A stretch of DNA of 64,000 nucleotides from the human T2T-CHM13v2.0 reference genome, Homo sapiens. Positions 1 through 13,499 of this stretch are shown in pieces; the stretch's first letter is position 1, and each line of letters begins with the position of its first letter. The notes below the pieces were generated by a model. The model worked only from the letters and a program-made list of their open reading frames with translations, searched no databases and was not told the origin of the DNA. The translations under genes were made by a program, and so were the position numbers. The stretch lies in NCBI RefSeq assembly GCF_009914755.1, contig NC_060932.1; one strand, given 5' to 3'.

Positions 1-60
1 CTAATTTCTAATTGTAAATTTTGTGCATGCAGATTAAATGAGTGACTTACTACCTTGAAT

Positions 61-272
61 CCATGGTTCTTGAAATGGGTTGATTCCTCCCCAGGAGTCC
101 TTTGGTCATATCTGGAGGCATTTTTTATTGTCATATTGAGTGAGGAAAGCTACTGTCATCTCGTAGGTAGAGGCCAGGGATACTGCTAAACACCCTACAA
201 GGCACAAGGCAGCTCCACAGGAAAGGATAATTTACCCCAAAATGTCAATAGTGCCAAAGTTTGAAAACTCTG
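61..272 (+). mobile_element. MER20 (hAT-Charlie MITE)
   Basis: Resembles the MER20 consensus along its length, e.g. 'ggtagaggccagggatactgctaaacaccctacaa' and 'aaaatgtcaatagtgcc...aaaactctg'; about 212 bp. Confidence 0.9.
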
Positions 273-2869
273 AATTAAATCTTGTGCCTAACTGCCATAA
301 CAGTTTAACATGATTGAAGTTTGATACATATTTATGGAATTAGATTAAAAGTTACTATTACTGTTATGGTCAATCTTTAAAGTGGGAACTGGCAATATCA
401 AAAAATAATACTTTTTTTACTCAAAAAAAAGATTTTTTTCTGATATAAATCTATAAACAGCAACTATTCTATAGTTATATTGTTTTTGTAGCTACTGCCC
501 CGCCAACCTCCTTCATTCTGAGTGTACTTTTTCAGAATATAAATTCACACATGTCCACACAAACACACACACCTACTGGACAATTTTTTCTTTTAAGTCT
601 ATGGTTTTATCACAATCATCAAAATGTTGGAATTCTTTCAGTATAGTTCTATTGATTGCAAATTGTAGTAATTTACTAAATGACAATGGTATCTTCTTAA
701 GTGTTTTCAATCATTTTATCAACTTTGTTAATTTGTAATTTAGCTAATGTATCCAATTAAATAATAAAATTAAATCATCCATCATGTAACAATTCTTAAT
801 CTTGCTTGCTCAAGTATGACATCAGAGAATCAAATAAATTAATAATAAAATGGCATCGTATAGTGGAATGTTTATTATCTCTCCCAGGCTTTCGTATAAA
901 ATGTCTTTATTTAAAAAAATAACTTTACTTACTGTGACCGCTAAATTTAATTAAAATTTACAAATAAACCAAACCCTTGTCTTAACTCCCCTTTGCTATC
1001 ACAACCAATGAAACTTAGAATTACTAAATGAGTCCAACTTGTTTTATAATTCCTTTTGTTGAAAAGATATAAAATCTTTCACATACCATATCGATGGTGA
1101 TATCAGAAAATGACTTTTTAGAGATATTATTTATATTTGCAGCTTATAATAGAATAAAAATTAAATATTTTACTGAATTTAAACAACTATACATTTTTAA
1201 AAGTTGAAGTTGGCTAGAAGTCAGGCAAATTAGGGAAAACTGTACAATTTGTATGGAATATATAAGGAGGTGGGGTTTTGACTAGTTTATTAATTGGGCT
1301 AATCGTAGATGTTGTGTCAAGTAAGACTGTCCGAGGCCTAACTGCCTGAGAGACAAGATGTTGGGAAAGAAGCATGCTTACTTTAAAGAACATGAGACAG
1401 TAGGGGAATGGAGAAGTTTTAAGCACATAATGGTATCTGTCACTCAGATTGACCTATGGTACACGCTTGAAGCAGACTATACAAGACGGATTTGAGATGC
1501 ATAATTCTTCACTGAAATCTCTGTAACACAACGTAACCTGAAGGCAGAATGGCTTTGTGGTTACAAAGAATTAGTTTGAATAGTGATTATCTCATTGGAA
1601 TTACTTTGAGGCATATTAGAGCATTGAAAGGATGGCATGACTTAAGTACAAAAGTGTAGTAAACACCATTTAGGTTAAGGAAGGAGTGGTCCAGTTTACC
1701 AGCATAAAAACCCATACCTAGATAGGAGAAGTGGAAGTGTCTGCACTATCTTTGCAATTTATCTTAGGGACATCAATGTTCGCTGGAATAGAGTACAGAT
1801 TTATGAGTTCAGAGAACACCCAATCAAAAATATTTGAGTAATGTTGACTATTAACAATTTGCATTTATTTTGTTTTCTTAATAACAATAAAAAAGTTTGT
1901 TTTTTATAGGGGTCTATTATCTGATTCTGCAATTATACATTTTGAGGATCTTTGAACAAAGATGAAATTTAAATTATATACACATATAAGTGTATATGTG
2001 TATATGTATGTGCATATATTTGTATATATATGAATTATTTTTATAAGCATTTATTCTATCCTTGGATTATTTTTTTCTGTGATGCTGTCTCTCAATATGT
2101 ATTTTACTGAAGCTAGGTGTTAATTACATATTTACTTTTTTCTAAGTTGTGTATGGAAACATTCCAAAAATCAGATATAATTAATTGTATATATTTATTA
2201 GATTTTCTTTGTAAGTAAAACTCTTTAAATTAATTAGATAACTTTAAAAGCCACAGGGAAATTTTAAGGATATACTTTCATCTCTAAAATATTCTGATAC
2301 CTCTTGACCATCTAATTCCAATTTTTTTTTACTGTAAAATAGCATTTTTTTTTTTACTTAAAGAAAACCACATCATTTACTATTTTGCCCAAATCAAAGG
2401 GATGCCTAAATAAATCACTATGGCATCTTGAAAATAAGTATATCTGTATTAAGAAATTATTTTTAAAATAGTAAGAATATAAGATGTACTAAGAAAGTTA
2501 TTTTTTAAAGTCATAAAAATTTATATTCAAGATACATTTTCCCTTTTAAAATGAAAATAAATTTTGTTATTGAGAAAAATTATATTTTTAAGCTAGATTA
2601 CCTGTTTTATAGAACGAGAAAGTGCCAGTTTAAAAATTGTTAAATATTCATATTTGGAGTAATTTAAAAAGTAGCTTTATAATATTTTAACTGTAATATC
2701 TGTATAGTACTTTAGAATTCACAAGAGATAGTCACATACCATGTAATTATATATTCCAAAAAATAAAACAAACTAAAAAGATAGATTTAAAAAAATTATT
2801 TTTTGTCATAAGAAAAAATATTCAGCTCATATGTTTCAAATCATTTTAATAAATGGACTTCTCTAGAAG

Positions 2870-3120
2870 TGTGAGGATGTTGAGGAAACAACAGAGTGTG
2901 CCAAGTCACCCAGATATCAGCAACAACATGAAACCATTCTGGTCACTACAGGTCCCAAGGGAATTAGAGGGTAGGTAGCATATTCTTAGACTGGTGAGAA
3001 ATGGAGCCCTGGAGAAGATTCCTCTTTACAGAAAATGTGATCATTGAGGGATTGAGTCATTTCCAGAAAGGTGGCTCAAAGAGGTGAAGAAGCAGGGAAC
3101 AAATACCCAGATATTCTCCC
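2870..3120 (-). mobile_element. Old ERVL-type LTR fragment (LTR41/LTR33-like)
   Basis: Motif 'gggaacaaatacccagatattctcc' and purine-rich body resemble the antisense LTR41/LTR33 group; heavily diverged. Confidence 0.35.
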
Positions 3121-3124
3121 ATTT

Positions 3125-4030
3125 TGCATTAGTAATAAATCTTTTATTTTCGCTTGAGTCTGTTTGCTGACAGAAATAAAAACAAAATATCCCAACCTCC
3201 CTTGCAATTAGTCATATAACTAAGCTCTGACCAATGTAGCAAAAGTAGAAGTGATGAGGACAATTTCTGGGAAGCGTCCCTAAAGAAAGGAGGCATTCCT
3301 TCCCTGCTTTCTGGACTATTTTCTGCCAGATATAATGTAGATATTACAACTGCAAATCAAGCAGCTGTCTCAGCGGCAGAGCACTGTGTTGAGGATGGCT
3401 GTGCTGGTGTCTTCTGTTTGCCCTTGCAGATTGATTCTCCATCCTTCTCTATCTTGTTTAGTGCCCTAGGAGGCTGAACTGTATGTGTGCCATTAACAGG
3501 CTCACTTATGTGCTCATAACCAGGCCTTCTAGTTTCCAGCTGAGTTTAAACAAAGGGAAATCTAGGCAGTAAATTGGAGAAAGAAATGAGAGTAGGCTCA
3601 GGTTATTTCCCACTGGCTTCCCCCCAGCTGTGTCACTTTGTGCTGACAGTGTCCTCAATTGAGGGTCACAACCCTTCACAAAGTGGCCTTTACTATAAGA
3701 CTCTCTTCTCTTGGGTTTAGGTAACTGTTTTCCCAACTCTATCACTTCTGGGCCCAAGGTTAGTAATGACTGCTGCTATTGGCCTTGAGTTTTTAGTATA
3801 TTCCAAACACCCTTTTGAGTAATCATTTTACAAATCAACTATTTTCAAATTATCCTAATTTAAGTGATCTATATGTTTCTTATTGAGATTCTAAGAATAG
3901 AATGGTAGAACAAAAAATTGGAAGGAACCCAGGCCTCCCTGAACACCAGACCTATAATGTATTGTCTGCATATAGATTTATTACATATGACAGAAAAAGA
4001 AAATCCTCCAAATTTTAGTATCCAGTATAG
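3125..4030 (+). mobile_element. LTR16-like ERVL LTR, split by an LTR33-like insertion
   Basis: 'cccaacctcccttgcaattagtcatataactaagctctgaccaatg' before the insert; 'gaggatggc' resumes as 'agaacaaaaaattggaaggaacccagg' after 3906. Confidence 0.55.
3400..3901 (+). mobile_element. LTR33-like solo LTR (ERVL)
   Basis: Starts 'tgtgctggtgtcttctgtttgccc'; about 500 bp; 5-bp TSD atggc (3395-3399) / atggt (3902-3906). Confidence 0.65.
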
Positions 4031-4059
4031 GTTTTGCTGTACTTCATCTTACTGATAAA

Positions 4060-4200
4060 TTAATACTTACTAAGACAGTGACTATTATGACTGCCTCTAA
4101 TTTTAAGATGGTTCAGTTGACGTTTGAAAGGAAAATGATTTGCTCAAGGGTATACATAAAAGAGATAGAAATGGGCCTGCAATAAGCTCATTTGATTAAA
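4060..4200 (-). mobile_element. MIR fragment
   Basis: Degenerate core 'tgatttgctcaagggtatacat' resembles antisense MIR. Confidence 0.4.
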
Positions 4201-4587
4201 TCATTATTTATGGAGTATCTATGGTTATACAGACACTCTGTAATATATTACAAATACAGCAAAAAAAATTTGGCCTTCTGATTTTCCATTTTAAACCTCT
4301 TCCTCCACCCACATCGATTCTAGGTAAGATGTTCTACTTGATAAAATTAGGTTAGGACAAATACTGCATTCCAAAGAGCACGCTCATTTCCCATTTTCTG
4401 AAAGGGACAATTGTTTGGACCTTCAGCAGAATGTAGTTTTAAAAGACATTCTACACTATCACTTCACTCAGTACTGCCCCATACCTCCACTGTTAATTAG
4501 TTACTTATTTGCACTTCCAAAATTAATGACTGACACTTAAATTCTTGCCTCAGTGTCTATTTCTGGGGTAATAAAATTTAAGGCATT

Positions 4588-5050
4588 TGGAAGAATTCTC
4601 TTCAATTATTCGAATACAGTGACTAGAATTGGTATTAGTTATACTTGAATGTTTGCTAGCATGCAGACTGAAGCCATTAGGTCCTGGGTTTCCTTGATGG
4701 GAGACTTTTTATTATGGCTGCAATCTCCTTTTTAGTTATTTATCGGTTTGATTTTCTGGTTCTTCATGTTTCAATCTTTGTAGGTTGTATGTGTCCAGGA
4801 ATTTATCCATTTCTCCTAGGTTTTAAAATTTGTTGGTGTATAGTTCATTTGTTGGTGTATAGTTGGTATATAGTCTCTAATGATTATTTGTGCTTCTGTG
4901 ATATCAATTGTTATGTCTCATTTTAAATTTCTGATTGTATGCATTGTGTCATCGCTCTTTTTTTCTTAGTATAGCTAATAGTTTATCAATTGTATTTATC
5001 TTTAAAAAAAACTTTTTGGTTTTTTGATCTTTTATGTTGTTTTTTAGCCT
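4588..5050 (-). mobile_element. L1 ORF2 fragment (inverted 5' part of an L1MA-type insertion)
   Basis: Antisense ORF2: 'tgaagccattaggtcctggg', 'ggttgtatgtgtccaggaatttatccatttct'. Confidence 0.85.
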
Positions 5051-5612
5051 CAATATCCAAAATATGGAATTAACCTAAATGTCTATCAACAGATAACTTG
5101 ATAAATAAAATGTGGTATATATACACAATGGACTATTATTCAGCCATAAAAAGGAATGAGATCCTGTCATTTGCAGCAATATGAATGGAACTGGATATTA
5201 TTACTGGCACAGAAAAACAACTATTCCATGTTCTCACTAAAGTGTGGGAGCTAATAAAGTGGGTCTCACAAAGATAGAGAGTAGATAGAGAGTAGATTGG
5301 TGGTTACCAGAGGTCAGGAAGATGGGGGAAAGGGGATCAAAAAAGATTGATTTATGGGACAAAAATACATTAGGTAGAATAAAACCCAGTGTTTGATATT
5401 TCAGTAGGGTGACTATAGTTAATAATAATCTATTATATATTTCAAAATAGCTAGAAGCAAAGAGTTCTAATGTTCCCAGAAGAAAGAAATGGTAAATATT
5501 TAAGGTAATGAATATCCAAACTACCCTAATTTGATCACTACACATTAAAATAATGTATCAAAATATTATATGTGCCTCAAAAATTTGTACCTCTATTATG
5601 TATCAATTTTTA
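5051..5612 (+). mobile_element. L1MA-type 3' end
   Basis: 'aaaatgtggtatatatacacaatggactattattcagccataaaaaggaatgagatcctgtcatttgcagcaa' followed by an L1MA-style 3' UTR ending 'tattatgtatcaat'. Confidence 0.9.
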
Positions 5613-5673
5613 AAAACCTAAGGCATTGTTATAAATTTTAACATCTACTTCAATGTCTAATTTTCTGTTATTC

Positions 5674-8350
5674 TTTATTAGTCAGTTCTCACACTACTAT
5701 AAAGGTACTGCCTGAGACTGGGTAATTTGTAAACACAAGAGGTTTAATTGACTCACAGTTACACATAACTGGGGAGGCCTAAGGAAATATATAATCACAG
5801 CAGAAGGTGAATGGGAAGCAAACACCTTTTTCACAAGGTGGCAGGAGAGAGAGAGAACCAGAAGGGAAATTGTCAGGCACTTATCAAACAACTAGATCTC
5901 ATGAGGACTCTCACTGTCACCAGAACAACATGGGGAAAACTGCCTCCATGATCCAATCACCTCATATCACATTTCTCCCTCAACATGTGGGGACTACAAT
6001 TTGAGATGAGAATTGGGTGGAGACACAGAGCCAAACCATGTCATTCAGCCCCTGGCTCCTCCCAAATCTCATGTCCTTTTCACATTTCAAAACTAATCAT
6101 GCCTTCCCAACAGTCTCCCCAAATCTTAACTCATTCCAAAATTAAATCAAAAGTCGAAGTCCAAGATCTCATCTGAGACACGGCAAGTGCCTTCCACCTA
6201 TGAGCCTGTAAAATCAAAAACAACTTAGTTATTTCCAAGATAAAGTGGGGATATAGGCATTGGATAAATGTTACCATTACAAATGGGAGAAATTGGCCAA
6301 AACAAAGGAGCTATAGGCCCCATGCAAGTCTGAAAGCCTACAGGGTGGTCATTAAATCTTAAAGCTCCAAAATCTCCTTTGACTCCATGTCTTACATCCA
6401 CGGCATGCTAATGTGAAGGATGAGCTCCTGTATTACTATGTTCTCATGCTGCTAATACCCAAGACTGAGTAATTTATAGAGGAAAGAGGTTTAATTGACT
6501 AACAGTTCCACATGGCTGGGGAGGCCTCACAATCATGACTGAATAGCAAGAAATGTCTTACCTGGTGGTAGACAAGAGACAGCTTGTATAAGGAAACTCT
6601 CCCGTATGAAACCATCAGATCTCATAAGACTTATTCACTATCATGAGAACAACATGGGAGAGACCCCATCCCATGATTCAATTACCTCCCACCAGGCCCC
6701 TCCCATAACAAGTGGGAATTGTGGGAGCTACAATTCAAGATGAGATCTGGCTGGGGACACAGCCAAACCGTATCAGTTCTCAAGGCCTTGAGAAGTTCCT
6801 CTCTTGTGGCTCTGCAAGTTACAGCCCCCATGGCTGCTTTCACAGGCTGACATCAAGAGCTTGCAGCTTTTCCAGGTGCATGGTGCAAGCTGTCATTGGA
6901 TCTACAGTTCTGGAGTGTAGAGGACAGTGGCCCTTTTCTCACAGCTCCACTAGGCCATGCCCCAGCAGGGACTCTGTGTGAGGACTCCAACCCCACATTT
7001 CCCTTCTGCACTGCCCAAGCAGAGAGTCTCCATGAGGGCTCAGCCCCTGCAGCAGACATCTAGGCATTTCCATACACCCGCTGAAATCTAGGCAGAGGTT
7101 TCCAAAGCTCCACTCTTGTCTTCTGCACACCTGCAGGCCCAACACCACGTGGAAACTGCCAAGGCTTGGGGTTTGCACCCTTTGAAGCAATGGCCTGAGC
7201 TGTATGTTGGCCCCTATTATCCATGGCTGGAGCTGGAGAGCTGTGACATAAAGCATCAATCTCAAGGCTGCACAGAGCAGCTAGGCCCTGGGCCTGGCCC
7301 ATAAAACCATTTTTCCCTCCAAGGTCTCCAGGCCTGTGATGGGAGCTGTTGCCATGAAGGTCTCTTTCCCCATTGTTTTGGCTATTAATATTCAGTTCCT
7401 TGTTACTTATGTAAATTTCTGCAGCTGGCTTGAATATTCCCCAGAAAATGGGTTTTTCTTTCCTACCACATGATCCACTGCAAATTTTCCAAACCTTTAT
7501 TCTCTGCTTCCCTTTTGGACATTAGTTTCAATTTCAAACTATCTCTTTGTGAGTGCATATAACTGAATACTTTCATAATAAGCCAGGTCACATCTTGAAT
7601 GCTTTGCTACTAAGAAACTTCTTCCACCAGATACCCCTAATTCATCTCTGTCAAGTTCAAAGTTCCAAAGATCCCTAGGGCAGGGGCAAAATGCCACCAG
7701 TCTCTTTGCTAAAGCATAGCATGAGTGTCCTTTGCTCCAGTTCCCAATAAGTTCCTCATCTCCATCTGCAACCACCTCAGCCTGGACTTCATTGTCCATC
7801 GGCATTTTGGTCAAAATCATTCAACAGGTCTCTAGGAAGTTCCAAACTTCTACATGTCTTCCTGTCTTCTTCTGATCCCACCAAACTGTTCCAACCTTTG
7901 CTTGTCACCCAGTTCCAAAATTGCTTTCACATTTTCAGGTCATCTTTATGAGAGTATCTCACTCTGCTGATAACAGTTCTCTGTATTAGTCTGTTCTCAC
8001 ACTGCTATAAAGATACTACCTGAGACTGGGTAACTGATGTACAAAAGAGCTTTAACTGACTCACAGTTCTGCGTGGCTGGGGAGGCCTCAGGAAACTTGC
8101 AATCATGGCACAAGGCTAAGAAGAAGCAGACACCTTCTTCACAACACAGAAGGAGAGAGACCTAGCAGGGGAAATGCCAGACACTTACCAAATAACCAGA
8201 TCTCATGAGAACTCCCCTCACTATCACAAAAACAGCATGAGAGAAACCACCCCTATGATCCAATCATCGTCCACCCAGTCCCTCCCTTAACATGCGGGAA
8301 TTACAATTCAAGATGAGATTTGGGTGGGGACACAGAGCAAAACCATATAA
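5674..8350 (-). mobile_element. Complete MaLR provirus (THE1D/MSTA type): LTR 5674-6043, internal region, LTR 7982-8350
   Basis: Two related ~370-bp LTRs ('tattagtc..ttctcacact' to 'gacacagagc.aaaccat') flank a THE1/MST internal sequence; TSD tattc (5669-5673) / tcttc (8351-8355). Confidence 0.92.
6429..6775 (-). mobile_element. THE1B-type solo LTR nested in the MaLR internal region
   Basis: 'tgtattactatgttctcatgctgctaat...ggggacacagccaaaccgtatca'; degenerate TSD gctcc / gttct; host sequence resumes with 'caaggccttg'. Confidence 0.88.
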
Positions 8351-8375
8351 TCTTCTATTAAAACTACACTGTCTT

Positions 8376-9180
<805 letters not shown>

Positions 9181-9537
9181 TAGTATAGGAATGGAAAAAG
9201 TACAGAAATAGCTCAACAATTCACAATGTAAAAGTTTACACAGACCTATATGAATTATTACTATGTGCCCAGCACCATAATTAATGTCTTGATTTTCTCC
9301 TTGCACTCTAGGAATAGCAGTGGCATACTTGTCATTGTCTTAGTGTTCCAACATCCATGTTGGCCTGCCCTGTCTGCTCATGTAAACTTCTGCAAGTTAT
9401 CTGTATTTTATATTGCTTATGATCTTTTCCATTTCTACATGGATAGATGGCCTTTATAAATATAAGCTGAGCCTTTTACAAATATAGTCCATCTACTTGT
9501 TTTATCTTTGTGCAGTAATCTCATAACTTCAGTAACA

Positions 9538-9682
9538 TATTTACCCATTCCATCAGCAAGTATTTCCTGAGTTCCCCTTCTGTGTCAGGCACTTTTCTGG
9601 CCACTGGGTTACAGGAGTCAACAAAAATCTATCCTGCTTTTATGAAACTTAATTCTAGTGGACAAAAATAGATAATAAACTA
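9538..9682 (-). mobile_element. L2 3' end
   Basis: 'cattccatcagcaagtatttcctgag...tgtgtcaggcact...cctgcttttatgaaactta.ttctagtgg' resembles the antisense L2 tail. Confidence 0.7.
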
Positions 9683-11087
9683 ATTCTCAGACTGTCACTA
9701 AATCACCACAATCGACTCAACATATTTCATGCATTGTCAGACTTTCAGCAATGCCAATCTCACTACATTTAGGGCTCCGACTTGATTCATCCTATGGCTG
9801 CCTATGGATAGGCACTGGGTATGCTGTCATACACTCTTTTGTGTGTAAGGCTTGAGCTATTGAACTACTTGAATTAATGGTTTCTTTATTTGTTTTCCTT
9901 AATAAACTGTGAAATGAGCTGCTTCATCATTCATTTTTCACATATTCAAACATAAAATGAGAATGTATTCTTATGACAGCATTTGTTAATTTTTCTATAT
10001 GGCAGAATGAACTGTTTCATTACTTATCATTAGTGACCTATTTATATAATAGGGTAGTGAAAAAATAATATCATAACCAACTGGACTTGTAGGAGAATTC
10101 TGGGTTTACATAGTATAATGAATCAAATTTATGATGACACTATGGTAATAATTCTTCTTGGTGGAAAGGACTGAAGAATCTTTAAAGGGTGAAAGGTATG
10201 GTTTTGTATTTCCTTCTAAATATATGTCTATTAGGCAAAAATGGAGTTGAATTTCCAATTACTTAGTTGGAATAAAAATTAATTTCTAAAGACAATCTAT
10301 TTGTAAACAACTTTTAATCTTAGCCACGAAGCATACTAAAATGTTCTTTGAAATATTAGCAGTTATCAAATGTAACTTCTGCATTTTGATATAAGTCCTA
10401 ATGTTTAACAAAATATCATTTTAGAAATTTTCCTATTTTCCTGTATTTTCAGTGAGTCTTCAATAATTTACCTGTGCTTTTACAGTTTTATAAAGTCTTG
10501 GGAAATTGGGTCTGGCTTTTCAAATCAAATTTTGTGAAATGCCAAGTCAGAAGGTATAATAGGAACATGAATTATGTGTAAGACTTGAGTAATGCCCATT
10601 CAGGTTGATATTTTCTCACTGATGAAGACACCAAAGAAAATTAGGTTCTTTGATTACCCAGTACTATTTATAGCATTCTAAATGCATCATCATGTTCTTT
10701 AAGGATATCATGCTGGAAAAATATGCTTAACTCTCTCTCTGGAGAGTTTTCTCATAGCCCTTTCTTTTGCTTTACCTAAAAAGGGTTGGGGAGAGGAAGA
10801 AAAAAGCCAACAATGAAAAATCTCTACTAGACCTACAAATAAATAAGCTTAATGCTGCAGCAGAGATATTTTTTCCATGGTCTCAGATGTATTTTTCTTT
10901 GCATTAGAAAATAATATTGTTTTATTGGAGAATGGGAATGTTCAGTGCGGCTGGAGCTTAGTATCTGTGTAGTAAATGAGAAAGAAGAGAGGCTTGAAGG
11001 TCTTAGGGATATAACAATGAGCTTGGAATGTATTCTACAGAAACTAGACACTATTATCAGATTAAAAGAATATCAGCCATAATGAAT

Positions 11088-11590
11088 TATTCTAGGTTTA
11101 TTGAGTTATACCTGACTTTCAATAAACTACACAAATTTAAGGGGACCAATGTGAGTTTTGGCACATGTACACACATACCTGAAACTACCATCACAATCAA
11201 GATAATGAACATATTATTCACCCCTAGAAGTTCCATTTTATTCATTTGTAACATTTTTTCTTCCCACCGTGCCAACCCTAAAAAATTCTATGTGTCCTGT
11301 CACTGCAGCTTCTCTAGAATTTTACATAAAGAGAATCATGTAGTACGTACTTTTTCTTGTCTGGTTTCATTCACTTAGTATAATTATTTTGTTTTATTCA
11401 AGTTGTATCTATAAATACTTTGTGACTTTTAATTGCTAAGTAGTAGTCCATTGCATTTCAGTACTAAAATGTGGTTATTTATTTACCCACTGATGGAAAT
11501 TTGTGTTATATTTAGTTTTAGTATTACAAAAAGCTGTTATGAACATTTATATATGCACCTTTGTGTGGATATATGCTTTCATTCACCAAA
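11088..11590 (-). mobile_element. L1MB/L1MC-type 3' end
   Basis: 'tttattgagttata...accatcacaatcaagataatgaacatatt..cacccctagaagttcc', 'ttgtgtggatatatgctttcatt'. Confidence 0.8.
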
Positions 11591-11627
11591 AAAAGCTTCA
11601 ACATGTCTAACGTTACATGCATTCAAA

Positions 11628-11703
11628 TATACACACACACACACACACACACACGTGTATATATATATACACACATATATATATTCTGGAGTATATATAC
11701 ATA
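11628..11703. repeat. (CA)n/(TA)n compound microsatellite
   Basis: Direct reading: CA run followed by interrupted TA run. Confidence 0.9.
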
Positions 11704-11729
11704 CTAAAAACCTATGAGAAATGTGCATA

Positions 11730-11915
11730 TATATCACAAATGTACAGAACTAAAAGGAATATTAGGGAAGATCCACTATCATCATGGAACATGTTAACAC
11801 TCCTCTATCAGTGATAAGACAAGGAGCAATAACTCAATAAGATATAGAAGACTTGAACAACTTTATTAACTAACATAATCCAATACATAAAGAACACTGT
11901 AATTAACAAATTGAC
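11730..11915 (+). mobile_element. Old L1 ORF2 endonuclease-region fragment
   Basis: 'tcaataagatatagaagacttgaacaac' is a typical L1M ORF2 motif. Confidence 0.6.
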
Positions 11916-12506
11916 TTCTTATGTAAACACTATACCAGAGAACTTCTCAAACAGAGGTAGTGTGTGGTATCATCTAAAACATAAATGTAAAGCATTTGGG
12001 AAGGAAATTGGAGTGAGAAAGGGGAATGGTCTGGAATGATCTGGAAGAAGAAGAGAGAAATCAGTAACAGAGAACACCTACCCTACCACACACCCTGTCC
12101 CAGTGATATGAGCAGTGAGAGGGAGTAACCAGTCACCACTGATGAGAGCGACAAGATAAAGGATGTCTTCAGGAAAGGGTCTTATGCCTTAAAACAAAAT
12201 CAGAACTGATCTGTGTTGGGGAGAAGAAGATACACTTGCAGTGGTTTACGGACAGAAGTGATGGAGGTTTTGTCAAGAATATGCAAAAATCCAAAGCCTT
12301 GTCTTAAAACGTTGGTCAGATTTATTTCCTGGCACTGCCTGGTAAAGCAACTTCCCTATTCTATGCTGCTGCCTTTCTGTGCACCATCCAATAAAATGAC
12401 AATCTTTAGTCTATGAGAAACATTTGCTTATTTTTTCCTAGACTCTATGGACTTTTCTGAAGAGAAGACTCTCAAGAATGAGAAACTTTTATCATTGGCA
12501 AATGGG

Positions 12507-12507
<1 letters not shown>

Positions 12508-12555
<48 letters not shown>

Positions 12556-12570
12556 ACAGAGAGAGAGACA
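12508..12570. repeat. (TG)n followed by (AG)n microsatellite
   Basis: Uninterrupted TG run of about 23 units. Confidence 0.97.
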
Positions 12571-13499
12571 CAGCGACAGAGTATGTAATGTTTTCTGATT
12601 GTTCATTTTTTCTTGCTGTCTTCAGGATGAACAAAGCATTAACTTAAATTAACAGATGAGGCTCTTTACAAACTGGGATTTGCATAGTATTTGAGACGCA
12701 TCTCCTGCCCTAAACATGATATTGGAACTGTCTTGAATAACTACTGTGCTGCTTTAACCACTCACCCTTCACCATACATGGCACTGTCTCTCCAGGACTT
12801 CCCTTAAATATACTTCCATCTTTGTCTCTCTAGTGCCTTTTCAATTGTAAAAGCTCAGAACCTTGAATACCTTCGGAAAAGTGGTTCAGGTGCTAAGGTT
12901 TAAGGGCTGCCACAGAAATCTGGCTTTATGGTTATAAACTGTATTTTATAGTAGAACTACCTTCTATACTACACGTACTTTGTATCTCATCATGTAATAT
13001 TCAGTGTTGGCAATTATTGATAAAAAGGGAAACCCATTATTTGAAGACAAAAAAAACACATGCTAAAAATAAGTTTATAAAATTTATATAAAAGGTTTGC
13101 ATATGAACAACTATTTTGCTATCCTTAAAATACCACATATATTGTACTATTATAAATCACTTATGATTTAGGAGAAGAAATTCTGAAAAAGGGGTAGAGG
13201 CTACAAAAAATAATGATTTCTTGTGACTATAAATGTGAAGTATAACAAGATCACAATTAGAATAAGTTAATGTAAGATCCATTCAAGCCTAGTGCAAGTA
13301 CTGTTCAAATTGCCTCAGTTTTCAGAGCCCTTTTCTTGAGGAAGAAAAAAAAAAAATCAAGAGAAGCAGAAACAGGTGCAGAGTATCACATAATTAGTTA
13401 AATCAGTCTTTCAGCAAAGATTGCCATAGAATTTGGGAGAGGTCTGAATATAAACTAAGCCTGTCATTATATAGAGGAAAAAAAGGTTTTAGTGGTTGG

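Noticed and set aside
5697-7820. Cluster of 60-108 aa ORFs
   Set aside because: They are fragments of THE1/MST LTR and internal sequence broken by stops and frameshifts, not a host gene.
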